A DNA stretch of 64,000 nucleotides from the human T2T-CHM13v2.0 reference genome, Homo sapiens. The notes under the pieces are model-generated. The model ran no database searches, was not told the origin of the DNA, and saw only the letters and a program-made list of their open reading frames with translations. Position numbers and translations under genes: made by a program. Shown one piece after another: positions 56,914 to 64,000 of this stretch (position 1 is the first letter of the stretch; the number at the start of each line of letters is the position of its first letter). The DNA lies in assembly GCF_009914755.1 (NCBI RefSeq), contig NC_060930.1; one strand, given 5' to 3'.

Positions 56914-58063
56914 TGTCTTAGGGTGGGTCACCCAGAAGCAGAGCCTGATTTGTGAGCACACGATTTCTTAAGGAAATAATCCCCAGACTGGTAAGGGAGA
57001 GGGGGATGCAAACAGAGGAGAAGAAGCCCAGCAAAGGTAGGCAGTCTTTGCAGAGGGTAGTTTTAGCCCAGTCCTGGGCGTAAAGAAACCCTGGGGCTTG
57101 AGGTATGCCCAGAGTTTTTCAGAGAAAAGAGAACTAGGCTTTCACACACCTCGCCCTCTGCACCCTGTGCCTGTCTGTCACTGGTCAAGGGTTGTCCTAG
57201 AATAGGAGTCCCCAGACCCTGGGCCACAAACCGGTACTGGTCTGTGGCCTGTTAGGAACTGAGCTGCACGGCGGGAGGTGAGTGGTAGGTGAGCAAGCAG
57301 GCAAAGCTTCATCTGTATTTACAGTCACTCCCTATTACCTCTCGCATTACCACCTGAGCTCCACCTCCTGTCATATGGCGCAGGGGTCCCCAACCCCCGG
57401 ACCGGTACCATGGACTGGTACTTGTCCATGGCCTGTTAGGAACTGGGCTGCACACCAGAAGATGAGCAGTGGGTGAGAGAGTGAAGCTGAGCTCCACCTC
57501 CTGTCAGATCAGCGGCGGCGTTAGATTCTCATAGAAGCGGGAACCCTATTGTGAACTGCATATGCGAGGGATCTAGGTTGCAGGCTCCTTATGATAATCT
57601 ACCGCCTAATGATCTGTCACTGACTGCCATCATCCTTAGATGGGACCATCTAGTTGCAGGAAAACAAGGTCAGGGCTCCCGCTGATTCTACATTATGGTG
57701 ATTTATATAATTATTTCATTATATATTTCAATGTAATAATAATAGAAATAAAGAGCACAATAAATGTAATGTGCTTGAATCATCTCAAAACCATCCCTCT
57801 GCACCACCCGGTCCATGGAAAAATTGTCTTCCATGAAACCGGTCCCTGGTGGCAAAAAGGTTGGGAACCCCTTTCCTAGAGATAAGTAAATTTCCAGGTA
57901 TATCTTGTTCTGTAGTTGTAGGGGGCAAAGCAGCTCTAAAAGCCCAAGGGCAAGGCTCCAAAGAGACACAGGTGCTGGGTGTTAGAAGCAAAAGCATGAG
58001 TGGGGCTCTCAGAAAACAAGTTACTCCAGGGAATCCAGGTGGAGCAGATGACTGTCCACTACA
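56914..58063 (-). mobile_element. Old ERVL-type LTR (LTR16/LTR33-like) interrupted by MER1
   Basis: tgtcttagggtgggtcacccagaagcagagcctga at the left end and tgtccactaca at the right end. Confidence 0.5.
57203..57873 (+). mobile_element. MER1A (hAT-Charlie) with a duplicated 5' end
   Basis: caggggtccccaacccc...gcctgttaggaactgggctgcac...aaaattgtcttccatgaaaccggtccctggtggcaaaaaggttgggaacc; 8-bp TSD tcctaga(a/g). Confidence 0.85.
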
Positions 58064-58159
58064 ATCCTTACTGCTCTCAAAATTTCCTCCAGCTTGGACT
58101 TTCCACCTGAACTTCAGACCCATGCATCCAACTGCCTACTTGACATCTCTACTTGGATA

Positions 58160-58930
58160 TCTGTGTCAGTTACTTATTGCCACAATAATGTTGTATAACA
58201 TACAACTACAAAACCTTAGGTGCATATAATAACAAACTATTTTTTTTGTTTACAGTCTGTGGGCCAGCTGGGCAGTCCAGATTATTTGAATTGGGATTGG
58301 CGAAGCTCATTTATGCATCCGTTGTCGGCTGTGGGTTTGCCGAGTGGCTTGACTAATCTTTGCTGGGCTTTCTCAAATGTATGGGGCCTCAGCTGGGACA
58401 ACTGAGCTGATTCCGCTCTGCTGCACATGTCTCATCCTCCAGCGGGATGGCCTAGGAGAGAGGGAGAGAGGGAGGAAGAAGAAGAGAGAGCAAGAACTCT
58501 CGCGCGAGAGCCCCCTAATTTGCAAGGCAAGGCAGGCAGCATTTATAGACAAAACAGAAGTGAGGTACAGAAACAGCTTGGTTACAGCTCAGTAACCAAT
58601 CAGCAGACACCATATTTGAACCTGGTCTGATCAGTTGGCCACCTGTGACCTACTGAAGCTCAGCTGCTGTGATTGGCTGGGACTCAGCTATTTGTTACAA
58701 AAGTCGGCTCATGATTTCTGCTTTCATTTAATTTATGTCTAAGTTAGATTGCAGTTTGTTACATAGGGACTCAAAGTATGGAGGCAACCCCAGGTGGGAA
58801 TTTGGCTTCATTTAACAAGGCTTAGACCCAGAACTGGCCACTGTTCCTATTACCACATTCTATTACCAAAAGAGAGTCACTGGTTAATTCAAAGGGTGGA
58901 GAAATAGACTTCACCTTTGATGGAGGAGCT
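58160..58930 (-). mobile_element. MLT1-type MaLR LTR interrupted by an ERV1 LTR fragment (MER57-like, ~58500-58817)
   Basis: MLT1 antisense end tgtcagttacttattgccacaataatg. The inner segment has ctgctgtgattggctg and ends ggaggcaaccccaggt...atttaaca. Confidence 0.55.
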
Positions 58931-59020
58931 TTAGAGGCCATTTCTGTAAACAGCCTACCAAATGCCTAACAGGCATCTGCTTTATTGGTGGCAGTTGAGC
59001 AAAGTTCCATTGTTAAAGAC

Positions 59021-59887
<867 letters not shown>

Positions 59888-60162
59888 AGCAAAGATATTA
59901 CTCTCTATCATGTTTGTATATACATATACACTCATATATGAAAAGTGAAATATAATTGAAACAAACTGGTTAAGCATTCCTAAAACTTCTACACATTCCG
60001 AATCCAACTCTTCAGAACCATTTTTGACATTGACTCATTAATGTCCATGTTTTAAAATCAAGAATGTTCTTGAAAGAGTGCTCCACTCTTGTCTCTGGAA
60101 TTCTCCCCCAGGTCCCCGACACGATTTAGCACTTTTGGACGAATAAGCACAGGCGATGATAG

Positions 60163-60591
<429 letters not shown>

Positions 60592-60883
60592 CTAATGATT
60601 TTTTTTAAAACTGATTCTAACTTCTTTCTCTTTCTACTATTGCAGAATAGGTCAATTGTATTAACCACAGCAATCACGTGCAGCACGTGCAGTCAAAGAA
60701 AGCCTTTCACTAAAGTGTATCCTCATTATTTGCACAATGATAATCATTAAGTCATTAAAGTGAATTGCAGGAATAAAATTATTAAAGGTTGGTAATGATT
60801 TCAATACATCAAATTGAAGAAATATAGTCCTTTAAACTTTGATTATAGTTGGTTTTTTATAGAACTGTTTGGAGGATATTTTG

Positions 60884-61112
60884 GCATAGTATTTACATGT
60901 AACCTACACACAGCCTCTTGCATAATTTAAGTCATATCTAGTTACTTGTAATACCAACTACAATGTAATGTTATGTTAATAGTTGTTATACTGTATTTTT
61001 TAAAATTTGGATTATTTTTTATTGTTGTATTGTGGTATTTTTTCAGAATATTTTCAATCTACTGTTGGTTGAGTCTTTGGATGTGAAACTCCTAAAGAGG
61101 GGGGACTGGCTA
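60884..61112 (+). mobile_element. MER2 (Tigger-family) fragment
   Basis: gcatagtatttacatgtaacctacaca...taataccaactacaatgtaa...aatagttgttatactgtatt...gttggttgagtctttggatgtgaaac. Confidence 0.7.
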
Positions 61113-61156
61113 TAACTTTAATCCAAAAGAAACATGCGAAAGTTATTTAGGTTGTG

Positions 61157-61448
61157 GCCAGGTGCGGTGACTCATGCCTGTAATCCCAGCACTTTGGGAG
61201 GTTGAGGTGGGCAGATCACCTGAGGTCAGGAGTGTGAGACCAGCCTGGCCAACATGGTAAAACCCCATCTCTACGAAAAATAGAAAAATTAACTGGGCAT
61301 GGTGGCAGGCACCTGTAATCCCAGCTACTCAGGAGGCTGAGGCATGAGACTCACTTGAACCCAGGAGGCGGAGATTGCAATAAGCCGACATTGTGCCATT
61401 GCACTCCAGCCTGGGTGACAGAGTGAGACTTCGTCTCAAAAAAAAAAA
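61157..61448 (+). mobile_element. AluS (Sx-like)
   Basis: Dimer; TSD ttatttag(g/a)ttg. Confidence 0.93.
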
Positions 61449-61537
61449 TTATTTAGATTGCAGTATCTTTTTATTATCTCTTTAGTAACTGGTTATTAAA
61501 GTGACTATTTATTAAATATATTTTTAAATATTAAACA

Positions 61538-62385
<848 letters not shown>

Positions 62386-63674
62386 CATTAAATATATTAT
62401 TGAGAAGTTTTTCTGGAACTGTAATACAGAATTTATGAAAATCTAAATTTACAGAACGGTTTGGAGGGCATTTTGGCACATGGCTTGGCATTTTTAAGTT
62501 GTTAACAGTGTGAAGTATTCGGTGCTTCCCTGCAGTCAGAGCCCCTGGTTATTCTGGGAGCCACATGGCACTTGACCTCACAGTTAGTTTTAAGGCTCTG
62601 TTCCCTTGCTCGTTCCATGGTGTAGAACATTCCCATTTCTCATAGACCTTTATTTCTCAATTTTCTTTCTGCAGAGCACAAAGCCTTCCTCTGTATCCCC
62701 CACCCAGTAACTCCTCCCAATCCCCCAGTCTTATTAATATCCCAGCCCGTAGGAAAAACCGTCAAAGGAGATAACACCTGCCCACACATCCCCCATTGCA
62801 CTCTGATAATATCTAATGAGACTTTCCAAGGCTCACCTTCAGCATGACAAACACCAATTCTCCCTGCTGGATTCCTGCTGTACCTGTCCCCAGTCCAACA
62901 ACTTCCTGTTAGGAAAACCTGGCAGTTTTTCAATTAAGCAGATTGCACATGTCTTTCCAGAAATCTCAGGATCCTGGTGTGGTGAAAAGGACAGAATATC
63001 TGGGCTCTAGGCCCCATCTGTCACCCATGACCTTTGTTCTTTTCAGCATTTCCTACTGAATTTCTGCCAACTGCAAAGTGCTGTATTATACAGTGGACAG
63101 ATCACTGGTCCTGCCTAGGTCTCAAATCTAGGAGAGGAAACACCTTGTCTTTCCTGGATCTGAATGATCCTGGACATCTATTCCACCTGAAAGTAATTCT
63201 TTGCTTCTGAATTGGAAAGACTGTCTCGATGGGAGGGAACAGTGATACTATTTCTTGGTACTATAAATGGTACTATTTCTTGTTTTATCGAGTCTAGAAG
63301 TAGGCGTGTAACAAATGAGTAAACGTTCCCAAAATATTTGGGAGAGGACATGAGACATGGAAAGAAAATTGAGACTTGCCGTCACTTTCACAAAGCCCCC
63401 CAAATTCAGCAGAACAAAAATCTCAGAAGGAAAGGCAATCCTCGAACTTAAATGCATTTTTACTTTGTGTATTAGCCTTATTTTTCCAATTTCTAGGGAA
63501 CCACTGGCTTAGAGAAGAGAATCCAAAGAAGCAGAAACCCAATCTTCCGCTGACGTCTCAACAATGTGCCATCTGAACGATTTCTCATTTCTCTGTCTCC
63601 CTAGTTTCTTTTTCAGTTAACTCAAAAGTTTTCACTGGCCCATTTGAGCATTTTCGAAGTGTAACTAACGTCTA

Positions 63675-63693
63675 CAGCCACTAGAGGGCAGAC
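63675..63693 (+). promoter_or_regulatory. CTCF core motif
   Basis: cagCCACTAGAGGGCAGac closely matches the CTCF consensus (CCAC/GYAGRKGGCRS). It sits in non-repeat sequence with locally raised CpG (~63.55-64 kb). Confidence 0.7.
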
Positions 63694-64000
63694 CGCAGCC
63701 TGAGGTCCGGTCCTGAGGCTGCAGAACCATCACCTCATTTCATTTTCCCTGCGTGCCTCCAGACGGCGCTGCAGCTCGTGTCAATCTTGCCAGCTCCGAC
63801 GCTCCTGGCGCTGAGCTCCTCACTGGAGAGGGTAGGGAGAGTCTACCGTATCTGAGAGGCAACTGAGGAAGGGGCACCCTTCCTGGAGACGCTGCCCTGC
63901 ATCAGAATCCCAGGAGGAGCTTTCCTCTTTGTATTTAAATTCTGTAACTGGAATTCATCATTGGCATAAAAAATATTTATAAAGTTCTTCGGCAGCGTCG

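Overview
Primate (very probably human) genomic DNA with no prokaryotic-type features. The left 36 kb holds the 5' half of DTNBP1 (dysbindin-1, a BLOC-1 subunit) on the minus strand. A CpG-island promoter and exon 1 lie at about 35.4-36.4 kb. Coding exons 1-5 are at 36007-36062, 25279-25332, 24505-24555, 10943-11003 and 536-668. They have canonical GT-AG borders and splice in frame to [118 protein letters not shown], and the gene continues off the left edge. The introns and the 28 kb upstream are dominated by interspersed repeats: about 28 Alus or Alu monomers, a ~9 kb composite L1 block, Tigger1, MER1, MER2, MER5, MER96B, MADE2, LTRs, L2 and MIR. A strong CTCF motif lies near the right end. 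None of the supplied six-frame ORFs is a real host gene. I see no evidence for a new multi-gene system. The best leads are (i) a strong alternative 3' splice site 45 nt upstream of exon 3 that adds tandem stops and could be the route to the Met82-initiated short isoform, (ii) a candidate poison exon in intron 1, and (iii) several local rearrangement scars, including a ~265-bp dispersed duplication, an Alu with an internal inverted copy, and a triplicated 50-mer. Repeat subfamily names and boundaries come from recalled consensus sequences and are approximate.
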